DNA from: Candidatus Saccharimonadota bacterium
GTDB lineage: Bacteria > Patescibacteriota > Gracilibacteria > UBA4473
DNA length: 32,000 bases
Assembly: GCA_965228485.1 (NCBI GenBank)
Contig: OZ245819.1
Coordinates: 120,001 to 152,000 of the forward strand
Reading direction: 5' to 3'
A program made the translations under genes and the position numbers. Below the pieces are notes generated by a model that was not told the origin of the DNA, did not search any database, and saw only the letters and a program-made list of their open reading frames with translations. This document shows, piece by piece, positions 8,354 through 15,726 of this stretch; position 1 is the first letter of the stretch; the number at the start of each line of letters is the position of its first letter.

Positions 8354-9799
8354 TTAGCTTGGTGGGTGGTGTGCTCGAATTACTTTTTTACTATTTCCAG
8401 CACCATTAGCCGTCATTGTGTAAGTTTCTATTCGGGGAGGTTTTCCATTTCCTGGATAACTTGCCACTCTGGCCACACCATTACTTGGTTGTGAAAGTAG
8501 AATTGCACTGTGTGTTTTTCCTTGATTACACTGACCATTTCGACAATGATCAATCATGATATGAGAACCAGGTGGAAGTTTGTCGACTTCTTCGGGTCCT
8601 GCACCACCATTTGAACCAATTCCTGTTCCTGAACTAATTCGATTCACACGATAATTAATGGCTTTTGGGAGGGAGTGAATTTTGGAGCCATCGGTAGTCC
8701 CTTCTCCAAAAAAGACTTTTTCTACCCAGTGAGTACAGTGTCGAGCCCCCTTAACTCCGGCTCGTCCTTGCTGAACCCAGTTTAAAGCTCTATTAACGAC
8801 CGATGAATTTGTTTCGATACCTTCGATATTGTCGTTCAAAATTTGCTCTCCCGTATAATTTCGTCCACTAGTTGTCGTTGTATCACCTTGGGTACTACTT
8901 CCAAATAACTCTTTTAGTAATTTTTGAAGCGCTTCAAGAAGCGTTGTTAATAGGTCTTTGCCTTGTTCTGGGGTCGTCGTTGTAGCGTTTGGTTGTGTAA
9001 CTGCATTGCTAAGGTCTCGGGTCTCTGTTGGTGTTGGAGTAATAAGATTTTGAGGGTTCAAATCTCTTAATACTGGGTTATCTTTTATGTTTGTTTCAAA
9101 CTGTTTAACAAAGTCCTGAATTTTTTCGGGTGTAAGACTTTTAATATCATCAATACTAAGATTTTGAGCTAATGCTGTTGTTAATGCTTTTGGAGTGATT
9201 TTTAGTCTTCCGGTATCTAGTGATTCTGCAGCTGTGTTAATCGTGTCTCCGTGTGCTTCGGTAATAAGATTTTCTTTGTAGCCTTGGATTTCATCCTTTT
9301 CGTAATTATCTAAGTACTCAGTAATAGCTTTTTGTGCTTCCTCTTTTGAAGCGTACATCGCTTGATTATTCCATTCGAGATCTTCGATAATTTTTTCATG
9401 GGTTAATGTTTGCGATGGCTCTAATGGTGGTTCTAGTTTTGAAAAATTTTCATTGATCGTTTGAATTTTTTTATCAATATCACTTTTTTCTGCTTCTAGA
9501 TATTCTCTGTTTTTAGTAACAATTCTTTGTTTTAAAATTTCCCGAATTCGATTTTTTTGATCGGTTAATTCGGTGTTTTCCGTATCTTCTTCTAGAGTAG
9601 CTCTAATAATCCTGTGGGTTTCTTCTTCTCCTCTTTGATCAACTAAAGCTTGTATTTTGGCTTTAATTTCTTCGTCGGTGAGTTGTTCTTTTAGAAGCTC
9701 TGCTGCAGCACTTATTTCAGGCTCTTTTTCACCTTCTGGTCCACTATTGAAATAGAAGGTTTTTATCTCTAACTCTGATGTGTGTTTTAAATATTTCAT
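8354..9799 (-). CDS. Leader-motif effector-like protein E3 (481 aa) with a C-terminal CHAP/NlpC-P60-like cysteine peptidase/amidase domain
   Basis: The N-terminus is MKYLKHTSELEIKTFYFNSGPEGE. The C-terminus has GARHCTHWVEKVF (compare the CHAP QCTWxV Cys block), then PPGSHIMIDH and GKTHSAILL (His block). The domain spans about 8357-8857. Confidence 0.55.
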   Translation of the reverse strand: MKYLKHTSELEIKTFYFNSGPEGEKEPEISAAAELLKEQLTDEEIKAKIQALVDQRGEEETHRIIRATLEEDTENTELTDQKNRIREILKQRIVTKNREYLEAEKSDIDKKIQTINENFSKLEPPLEPSQTLTHEKIIEDLEWNNQAMYASKEEAQKAITEYLDNYEKDEIQGYKENLITEAHGDTINTAAESLDTGRLKITPKALTTALAQNLSIDDIKSLTPEKIQDFVKQFETNIKDNPVLRDLNPQNLITPTPTETRDLSNAVTQPNATTTTPEQGKDLLTTLLEALQKLLKELFGSSTQGDTTTTSGRNYTGEQILNDNIEGIETNSSVVNRALNWVQQGRAGVKGARHCTHWVEKVFFGEGTTDGSKIHSLPKAINYRVNRISSGTGIGSNGGAGPEEVDKLPPGSHIMIDHCRNGQCNQGKTHSAILLSQPSNGVARVASYPGNGKPPRIETYTMTANGAGNSKKVIRAHHPPS

Positions 9800-9802
9800 T
9801 TT

Positions 9803-11236
9803 TTATCCAATTCTACGAATCCCAATGAGGTTTTGACGACTCGATTTAACAGAGACTCTATTACTTTGATTTCCACCAACAATAATAGGTTTCCTGTTTC
9901 TATCCCAGCCAACAAATACTCCAACATGACCTCCGCTCCCTCGAGAGAAGATACAAAGATCTCCTGGTTGAGCATCACCTGGAGAGATGGCGGTTCCATG
10001 ATTTAAAAATTCTCTAGAAGAAGCCGTTTTTGGGCCATCAATTCCTGCTTTTTGCAATACCCAGCTGATAAATGAGGCGCACCAGGGAGTGCCTGGTCCA
10101 GCGTTAAGTCCTGCACATGCATGCATTTCTCGAATAAGTCCAGCGTTACCACTTTCACTTACTCCAATTGCCTCTAATGCTTTTGCTAGAATTGCTTTAT
10201 TTGTTCCCGTTGCTTGATCTAGAGCTTGTTGAGCAAAGGCTGGAGTGGCTTCTCCATTTCCATTAGGAAGTTCACCACTGATTTCATCACCAGAAACTCG
10301 GTCATTGTTAGAAAAACTGTATTTTTTACCCGTTGCAAATTCAAGAATAATTCGGATCAGATCCCAAAGAGTATTAATTTCTCCATTATTACTTTCTACT
10401 CGAGAAGGATCGACCGTCCCATCTCGTAAAACCTGAGCCGCTTGTGCGGGAGTTGGGTTGTCTCCGAGTTTTCCAAGATTTTCTCGCAGGGCACTTAAAT
10501 TTTGAATATTAAATTTTCGAAGTCTTTCGAGTGTGGCTTCATATCTTTTTTCCAATCCCTCTAGATCGTTTCCACCCTGTTCGTGTTTGAATCCGAGGCC
10601 AAGAGCATTACTCGCTCTTAAATAGGCAAGTAACTCTGGATCGATGTCGTCTTTTGCATCATTTGGATCTCCTTGGGCTAAGTGATCGATGTAATCACCC
10701 TCGGTTAGAAATCCTCCTGGGAAAGTGTATTGAGGTGTTCCATCAGGATTTTTTGGCACGGGATTGTCTAGTGCTAACATTTTAAAGAAGAGGGCTTCTT
10801 TTTCGATTGCTTCGGTAACTTTATTTTTTAGTGTATCTCCACTTGATCCTTTAGCTTCAAAGGTGTGTTGAACATAATCCCAAACCTGATCGTAAAGATC
10901 CTCAGGAATGTACATTCCGTTGAATCCTTCTTTCTTTTGAGCTTCAAGTCGTTCATTCCAAATCTCTTTGAAAGTTCCTTCTTCCAATGCTTGTTCTAAG
11001 ACAATTTCTTTTTTTTCTGCGTATTCTTTTCCCGTCATAACTTTGAACTCTGAATTCAAAATTTCTGCGTTAGTTTCTTCTCTTTCGGCATTAGTATCAG
11101 CTATTCTTTCAGCTTTTTCAGCCTCTATTGAAGCGGCAAGATCGGCATCTATATCTGTAGGTCTTGTTTCATTTCCACCACTTTGGTAGTAAAATGTTGT
11201 AATTTCTCGTACTTGATTTTTGTTTAAGTATTTCAT
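9803..11236 (-). CDS. Leader-motif effector-like protein E2 (477 aa) with a C-terminal TIGR02594-family (NlpC/P60-like) peptidoglycan hydrolase domain
   Basis: The N-terminus is MKYLNKNQVREITTFYYQSGGNE. The C-terminus is TPWCASFISWVLQKAGI...FLNHG...PGDLCIFSRGSGGHVGVFVG...IIVGGNQSNRVSV. This matches the family pattern PWCAaFV...GD...GHVGf...GGNQsn.V as I remember it. The Cys codon is at 10079-10081. Confidence 0.75.
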   Translation of the reverse strand: MKYLNKNQVREITTFYYQSGGNETRPTDIDADLAASIEAEKAERIADTNAEREETNAEILNSEFKVMTGKEYAEKKEIVLEQALEEGTFKEIWNERLEAQKKEGFNGMYIPEDLYDQVWDYVQHTFEAKGSSGDTLKNKVTEAIEKEALFFKMLALDNPVPKNPDGTPQYTFPGGFLTEGDYIDHLAQGDPNDAKDDIDPELLAYLRASNALGLGFKHEQGGNDLEGLEKRYEATLERLRKFNIQNLSALRENLGKLGDNPTPAQAAQVLRDGTVDPSRVESNNGEINTLWDLIRIILEFATGKKYSFSNNDRVSGDEISGELPNGNGEATPAFAQQALDQATGTNKAILAKALEAIGVSESGNAGLIREMHACAGLNAGPGTPWCASFISWVLQKAGIDGPKTASSREFLNHGTAISPGDAQPGDLCIFSRGSGGHVGVFVGWDRNRKPIIVGGNQSNRVSVKSSRQNLIGIRRIG

Positions 11237-11244
11237 GTTTTTAG

Positions 11245-12249
11245 TTAGGTAACTGATGAGTCTGAGGCTTCTCTCTTAGTAACGATAAGAGATCCATCTG
11301 GAGCTTCTCCTTGTTTTGGAGTTTTATCTCCATTAGCGGCGGCTTCAGCCGTGTTCCATTCAAAAGTTGATGGCATAGATTTGTAACAAACTTTATTTCC
11401 TTGATTACCACCAAGACATTGGCCTCCAACCTTGATACAAATGTGACCGAGACCACTTCCCCCAATACATTCTTGAGCTAGAGAAGCATCACCAATATCG
11501 TGTCCAGCTTGTTTACAAACGTAATTTACAAAATCTCGACACCAAGGTTGATCAGCTCCTCCTGGAGTATATTTGGCATTTCCTTCGGCATCACTATTGG
11601 CCTGACCAAGCTCTGCTTGTGCGGCTTGTACAACAGCTTCATTGTCCCCGCCAAGACCACTAAAGTCAGAGTTTTCCCAATCAATTCCGTTGGAGCCAAT
11701 TTGTTGTCCCAGTTGTTTTATAATGCGAGATTTTCCATCAATCGAATTTGCCATTTTTTCTCCTTCAGGATCACCATTAGTTTCTTCTCGAACTTTAGCC
11801 GCTTCTTCAGCATAGGTTTTAGCGACTTGTTCCAGATAACTTCTTAGTTGTGTTTCAATTTCTTGTCGTTGTGCTTCTATTGTTTCTTGAGTTACGTCAC
11901 TGTCTTTTGCTGCTCGAGCAGTATCAACTTGTTCTCCTTCAGCATCGTTTAGTGTGTCTTCAATACTTTTTTCTAATTGCGATCGATTCAAGACTTCTTT
12001 TCCAGCCGTTTGATTAATAAGATCACCAATTTGACCATGTGCCAAATTTTGCACAGCCGGAGGAACGGGGATTCCATCAATTTTAGTTTGAATATCACTG
12101 TTTCTTTGTTTGATCCAATCCGGGGTGATAACCGTCTTATCTTGACTAGGAGTGCTTCTCTCTGCGTCTTCAGGTCCTTTTGGTCCTTCTGCACTTAGAT
12201 ATAAGAATTTACTGTTAATATCGATAGCCTGTAGATTTAATTGTTTCAT
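11245..12249 (-). CDS. Leader-motif effector-like protein E1 (334 aa) with a diverged TIGR02594-like domain
   Basis: The N-terminus is MKQLNLQAIDINSKFLYLSAEGPKGPED. The C-terminal region is QPWCRDFVNYVCKQAGHDI...LGHICIKVGGQCLGGNQGNKVCY (about 11350-11637). Confidence 0.6.
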   Translation of the reverse strand: MKQLNLQAIDINSKFLYLSAEGPKGPEDAERSTPSQDKTVITPDWIKQRNSDIQTKIDGIPVPPAVQNLAHGQIGDLINQTAGKEVLNRSQLEKSIEDTLNDAEGEQVDTARAAKDSDVTQETIEAQRQEIETQLRSYLEQVAKTYAEEAAKVREETNGDPEGEKMANSIDGKSRIIKQLGQQIGSNGIDWENSDFSGLGGDNEAVVQAAQAELGQANSDAEGNAKYTPGGADQPWCRDFVNYVCKQAGHDIGDASLAQECIGGSGLGHICIKVGGQCLGGNQGNKVCYKSMPSTFEWNTAEAAANGDKTPKQGEAPDGSLIVTKREASDSSVT

Positions 12250-12254
12250 ATTTT

Positions 12255-12578
12255 TTATGAGAGTTGATTTAAGTCTGATTGGAGTGTTTCATCAGCTTTT
12301 TTATGTTCTACTTCTTCTTGTCGTTGAAATTCTTCTTCCATAGACATAAGAATGATGTGTTCCATTTTATGAAAAAAGTATGGTTCTTTTTTTAGTATTT
12401 CATTAAGAGCGTCTGTTTGAGCCTTGTCAGCTTCGATGAGGGTTTCATGAATGGTTATAAGCTGATCTTCTCTTAGTGTTGGTAACTTGGTTACTACCTT
12501 GGTTCGAATTTCTTGGCTTAAAACAAGGTTTCGTTTAACCAGCTTCAAGATATCATCTTTGATTTGCTCAATAGTCAT
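12255..12578 (-). CDS. Small helical 'P-family' protein P1 (107 aa), first gene of the minus-strand effector operon
   Basis: RNLVLSQEIRTKVV...EADKAQTDALNEILKKEPYFF aligns with RNLFLSKAVKEQIL...EEMDEKQTLLFRKVLEKNPHFF of the divergent paralog. The gap to the next gene is 5 nt. Confidence 0.7.
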   Translation of the reverse strand: MTIEQIKDDILKLVKRNLVLSQEIRTKVVTKLPTLREDQLITIHETLIEADKAQTDALNEILKKEPYFFHKMEHIILMSMEEEFQRQEEVEHKKADETLQSDLNQLS

Positions 12579-12584
12579 CAGTTC

Positions 12585-12593
12585 ATTGTACCA
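12585..12593 (-). promoter_or_regulatory. Extended -10 element TGGTACAAT (minus strand) for the P1-E1-E2-E3-E4 operon
   Basis: The reverse complement of 12585-12593 reads TGGTACAAT. Only 6 nt separate it from ATG 12578, implying a leaderless transcript. Confidence 0.45.
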
Positions 12594-12649
12594 TAAAATG
12601 AACTAAAAATAAAGTCTTGAGTTCGGGGTTTGTAATTGATGTTGTTTTC

Positions 12650-12658
12650 TGGTATAAT
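12650..12658 (+). promoter_or_regulatory. Extended -10 element TGGTATAAT for the plus-strand P2/Q1 unit
   Basis: TGnTATAAT match, 10 nt upstream of ATG 12669. It lies inside the tracked TTG-12636 ORF extension, which argues for the 12669 start. Confidence 0.45.
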
Positions 12659-12668
12659 GTCGCGACAA

Positions 12669-12983
12669 ATGAGTGAAAATCTTGAAGTTATCAAAGTTTT
12701 GTTAGGAAGAAATCTTTTTCTTTCTAAGGCTGTTAAAGAACAGATTTTAGCGTCTGATGAGAATTCTCAGACAGAAATTCTACCTATTTTGGAAGAAATG
12801 GATGAGAAACAGACTTTGCTGTTTAGAAAGGTTTTAGAAAAAAACCCTCACTTTTTTGGAGATTTGGAAAATATGGCCATTCACGAAGCTTTGCGAAAAT
12901 TAGTTCAGCAAGAAGAGGCCCTCCATTTAGAGGAGATTGAAATGGCTGAAAACGAATTAGATGATCTTATTTCAAAACTCTAG
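12669..12983 (+). CDS. Small helical 'P-family' protein P2 (104 aa from ATG 12669)
   Basis: Paralog of P1 (NPHFF/EPYFF block and M-D-x-K-Q-T core). The start was moved from the tracked 12636 because the promoter element sits at 12650-12658. It ends ENELDDLISKL, followed by the junction TAG-GCG-ATG. Confidence 0.7.
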   Translation: MSENLEVIKVLLGRNLFLSKAVKEQILASDENSQTEILPILEEMDEKQTLLFRKVLEKNPHFFGDLENMAIHEALRKLVQQEEALHLEEIEMAENELDDLISKL

Positions 12984-12986
12984 GCG

Positions 12987-13232
12987 ATGAAACGAGATGA
13001 GAACTGGTTCAAGATACATTTAAAAGCTTATGCGGCTCTTTCGCAAAAGCAGATTGATGAAATTTTTTCAGGAAATACGGCTTTATCTCGTAGTTTTGAA
13101 GTATTTTTAGGCAGAGTTTTTCCTGATTTTTTGAAAGATTTTATTGGTTATGAGAAGCATATCTTAAAGATTTTGAAAAAGTCTCAAAGACGTCGTAAAA
13201 TACAGGCTTTTCGTAAGAGTCTTTTTGGTTAA
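12987..13232 (+). CDS. Small 'Q-family' protein Q1 (81 aa)
   Basis: Clear paralog of 15775-15963: NWFKIHLKAYAALSQKQIDEIFSGNTALSRSFEVFLGRVFPDFLKDFIGYEK versus NWFSLQWQTYTELSKSELEKIFSTKRVLSSSFKVFLEQAYPDFLKDFLQYEK. Confidence 0.7.
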   Translation: MKRDENWFKIHLKAYAALSQKQIDEIFSGNTALSRSFEVFLGRVFPDFLKDFIGYEKHILKILKKSQRRRKIQAFRKSLFG

Positions 13233-13258
13233 ACAAGATTGTTTTTTTGTGGTATTTA

Positions 13259-13267
13259 TGTTACAAT
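13259..13267 (+). promoter_or_regulatory. Extended -10-like element TGTTACAAT
   Basis: TGnTAnAAT match, 23 nt upstream of ATG 13291. The elements at 15530 and 16982 have the same 23-nt spacing. Confidence 0.4.
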
Positions 13268-13290
13268 GGCGAGATTAATCATCATTTTTA

Positions 13291-15300
13291 ATGAAACACC
13301 TAAAACAGTTTTCGAATACTATTCCTTCTCGGTATTGTTTTCGTCTACCGACAGGAGGAGAAGTGGGAAGGGATGTAGAAAATTCTTTTGATTCTTCGCG
13401 AATGCTTATGATAGGGGATTCCAACACGATTCGTATGGGGACACATTTGCCAGGAGTCAAACTTGATGCGGAAGAAGGTCGTTCTATTAGTGCGATGCCT
13501 GCAGCTCTTAATAGAGCTCTTCAGCAAAGACCTAAGCCAGAGGTCGTGACTATTTTGGGAGGAACGAACGATGCTGGTAATTTAGCTACAATTCGGACTG
13601 CTTACACTCAAATGATAGAGACGGCTAGGGCTAATGGTGTGAAACTGGTTATTGGTACACTCCCACCATTAGAAGGACATAATGTCGAAGAAGCGAATAA
13701 ATTTATTCGTAGCTTAGCGGGAGCAGATGTTCGAGTGGTTGAACTTGGACAATACGCTATGGCGGGAGATGGAGTGCACTTCACTATGAGAGGGGGAGCG
13801 AAAGAGGCGGCGAATGCGATGCGGATTGGGGCTCAAGAATCGGTTGAGCCTGTTAAAGCTGAAGATTTAGCCGCTATCTTATCTCGAAATGCAGAAAAAC
13901 CAGAGAGTGAAGAAGTTAAAAACGCTATTAAGGAAACATCTAAATTACTTTCAGAAAAAGGAATTAGGCCAAAGGTGCTTCAGGCATATTTTGAAAAGCA
14001 TCCAGAAAAATTAGATGCCGAGTCGATTAAGGCTTTAGCGACGATTTTGGCCGATCAACAAAAAATTGCAGAGCTTCTTGGAAATACGACCGCAACAACA
14101 CTGTCAGCCGAAGAACAGACAGAGCTTAAAACACTAACACCAGATCAATTACTCAGAAAAGATGAGAATGAAAGGCTAAGATTTGTAACTCAGGGGGGTA
14201 TTTCAGCAGAAAAACTTGCCTCTGGAGAATCAAAAGAAATTACATTTAATTTTGATGAAGCTGGGAATAAAGAACTTTACTTAAAGACCACAGCAGGTCA
14301 GGTTTTGCCTCCTAATGTGCGTCAAGTAGTGGCCTCTGGTTCTAAGCAAGATGGAAGTACAATTTTTACTCGAAGAGGGTATAATGGAGAATTCTTTTCT
14401 CCTTCTGGGGCGCGTTTAAAAATTCACAATGGAACAACTATTAAAGTTGTTGAAGGGGAAGAAGGGTTTGTTGCCAATAATAAATTAGAGGAATTTAAAT
14501 CTACTTTTACTAAAGATGTAAAAGCTGTTTTGGAAGAAGCGGGTATCAAAGAAGATTCGGAAGGATATGAAAGATTGTCTCGAGCCACTGAAATGGCCGC
14601 ACTTAAAGGCGTTGATCTTCGTATTGCTTTGGCTTTGGCCAAAAGTGATACCTTTAAAGGCGTAAGTGATGAAGACTTTCCAGCTAAGTTCGAAGAAGTA
14701 CTTACCCAAGCTCATCGTTTACAGAATGGAATGTCTGAAACCCAAATCATGAAAGATGGGAAGCTGAATTTGAATCTTGCTCAACAATGGTTGAGTCGAT
14801 ATATCACTGATCGAGATCAGCTGAAAAGCTTGCTTTCAGAGCTTAAAGGGTCTGACGGAGAGACGTACTATACAGAAGAAGATCTTAGAGCTTTGGAAAA
14901 TATTGAAGTTGCTGCTGGAAAAAAATTGTCAGGAGAGCAGGCTTATGCATTGGCTGCAAAATATTTTCCAACTGAACCAGTCGATAAAGTTGTAGCGATT
15001 ATGATCGGGGAGAGTGGGCTTGATCCTCGTGCGGGTAATAACTACCAAGCAGGGCATACTGGTCTGATGCAGATTAGTGGACTTCATCGTGATGGTTTGA
15101 TTAAAGATGGGATTATTGACCCTAATCGTGATTACCGAGAACAGCTTTATGATCCTGAAACAAATATGGCAGCAGCTAGATGGGTCTTTAATAAACAGGG
15201 ATGGGGAGCTTGGGAAGCTGGTCCGAATCATAAGCCTGGTTACTATGCTCAGAATCTGGCAAGAGCTCAGGCAATGAAGCCTTCGACAGCGGTCGCTTAA
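13291..15300 (+). CDS. Leader-motif protein (669 aa): N-terminal SGNH/GDSL hydrolase, long linker, then a C-terminal SLT-type lytic transglycosylase (GH23-like)
   Basis: The N-terminus MKHLKQFSNTIPSRYCF fits the motif spacing. The SGNH blocks are LMIGDSNT (I), LGGTNDA (III) and GDGVHFT (V), within about 13399-13830. The SLT blocks are VAIMIGESGLDPRA (Glu codon at 15010-12), GHTGLMQIS and AAARWVF, within about 14923-15240. Confidence 0.8.
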   Translation: MKHLKQFSNTIPSRYCFRLPTGGEVGRDVENSFDSSRMLMIGDSNTIRMGTHLPGVKLDAEEGRSISAMPAALNRALQQRPKPEVVTILGGTNDAGNLATIRTAYTQMIETARANGVKLVIGTLPPLEGHNVEEANKFIRSLAGADVRVVELGQYAMAGDGVHFTMRGGAKEAANAMRIGAQESVEPVKAEDLAAILSRNAEKPESEEVKNAIKETSKLLSEKGIRPKVLQAYFEKHPEKLDAESIKALATILADQQKIAELLGNTTATTLSAEEQTELKTLTPDQLLRKDENERLRFVTQGGISAEKLASGESKEITFNFDEAGNKELYLKTTAGQVLPPNVRQVVASGSKQDGSTIFTRRGYNGEFFSPSGARLKIHNGTTIKVVEGEEGFVANNKLEEFKSTFTKDVKAVLEEAGIKEDSEGYERLSRATEMAALKGVDLRIALALAKSDTFKGVSDEDFPAKFEEVLTQAHRLQNGMSETQIMKDGKLNLNLAQQWLSRYITDRDQLKSLLSELKGSDGETYYTEEDLRALENIEVAAGKKLSGEQAYALAAKYFPTEPVDKVVAIMIGESGLDPRAGNNYQAGHTGLMQISGLHRDGLIKDGIIDPNRDYREQLYDPETNMAAARWVFNKQGWGAWEAGPNHKPGYYAQNLARAQAMKPSTAVA

Positions 15301-15479
15301 GAGTCAAAAGAGGGGCTCTGAGTGATTATGGGCTTTCTCAATTAGAAGCGGATAAACAAGCCGGTAGAGTGCCACAAACGATCGGTTGGTCTTTTGGCGC
15401 TAATGATATTATGTCCGGAAATTCAGGAGCCGCCCTTACAAATGCAGAAGCGGCGAAAGCTTTAGGGCTTCAGGCCTAA
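15300..15479 (+). pseudogene. Remnant of an SGNH-hydrolase paralog (3' part of a 16071-16931-like gene with a 72-codon internal deletion and no start codon)
   Basis: It translates as RVKRGALSDYGLSQLEADKQAGRVPQTIGWSFGANDIMSGNSGAALTNAEAAKALGLQA*. The intact gene reads RVKRGAQSSYGLAQLEADKQAGRVPKTIGWSFGANDIMSGNSGAALTNAEAA[72 aa]KALGLQA*. Block I (GDS) and block V (DGVH) are missing. No in-frame ATG, GTG or TTG occurs before 15369. Confidence 0.8.
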
Positions 15480-15726
15480 TTTTACAGCTCGTTTGATGTC
15501 TTAAAACCCTTTTAAAAAAGATTGTTTTGTGATATAACAATCCGATTCATTTAATAAAAGTATGAAACTAAAACTTAATGATTTCGCTATCGAGAAGACT
15601 CGTTTTATTTTCAAGACTCCGGATGAGATTTATGGAGCGGCTCCAGAAAGAGATATTTCTAATGATCCAGAGGCACTCGTTAAGCAGTATAAGGAACTGT
15701 TTCAATCAGAGTCTCCAGAAGAAATT
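15301..15726 (+). repeat. Segmental duplication, copy 1 (SGNH 3' remnant, intergenic promoter, and effector leader)
   Basis: Colinear with 16537-16690 plus 16907-17178. I counted 18 mismatches by hand in the first 154 nt, and the remainder looks similarly conserved by eye. Confidence 0.85.
15530..15538 (+). promoter_or_regulatory. Extended -10-like element TGATATAAC (duplicate of the 16982 element)
   Basis: TGnTATAAc, 23 nt upstream of ATG 15562. It lies inside the duplicated segment. Confidence 0.4.

Noticed and set aside
12636-12668. The tracked TTG-12636 start for P2, ATG-24697 for purC, TTG-21751 for pheS, TTG-22870 for rpoD and TTG-25872 for pilin 1
   Set aside because: The upstream extensions overlap a promoter element (12650-12658) or a terminator hairpin (24683-24717). 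Others add hydrophobic or odd leaders not seen in the families. Downstream ATGs give family-typical N-termini.
15234-15300. Possible programmed -1 frameshift fusing the SGNH-SLT protein to the downstream SGNH remnant. The remnant frame is open from 15234 and overlaps the last 66 nt of the upstream gene.
   Set aside because: There is no slippery heptamer (X XXY YYZ) or obvious downstream structure in the overlap. A pseudogene remnant is the simpler reading.
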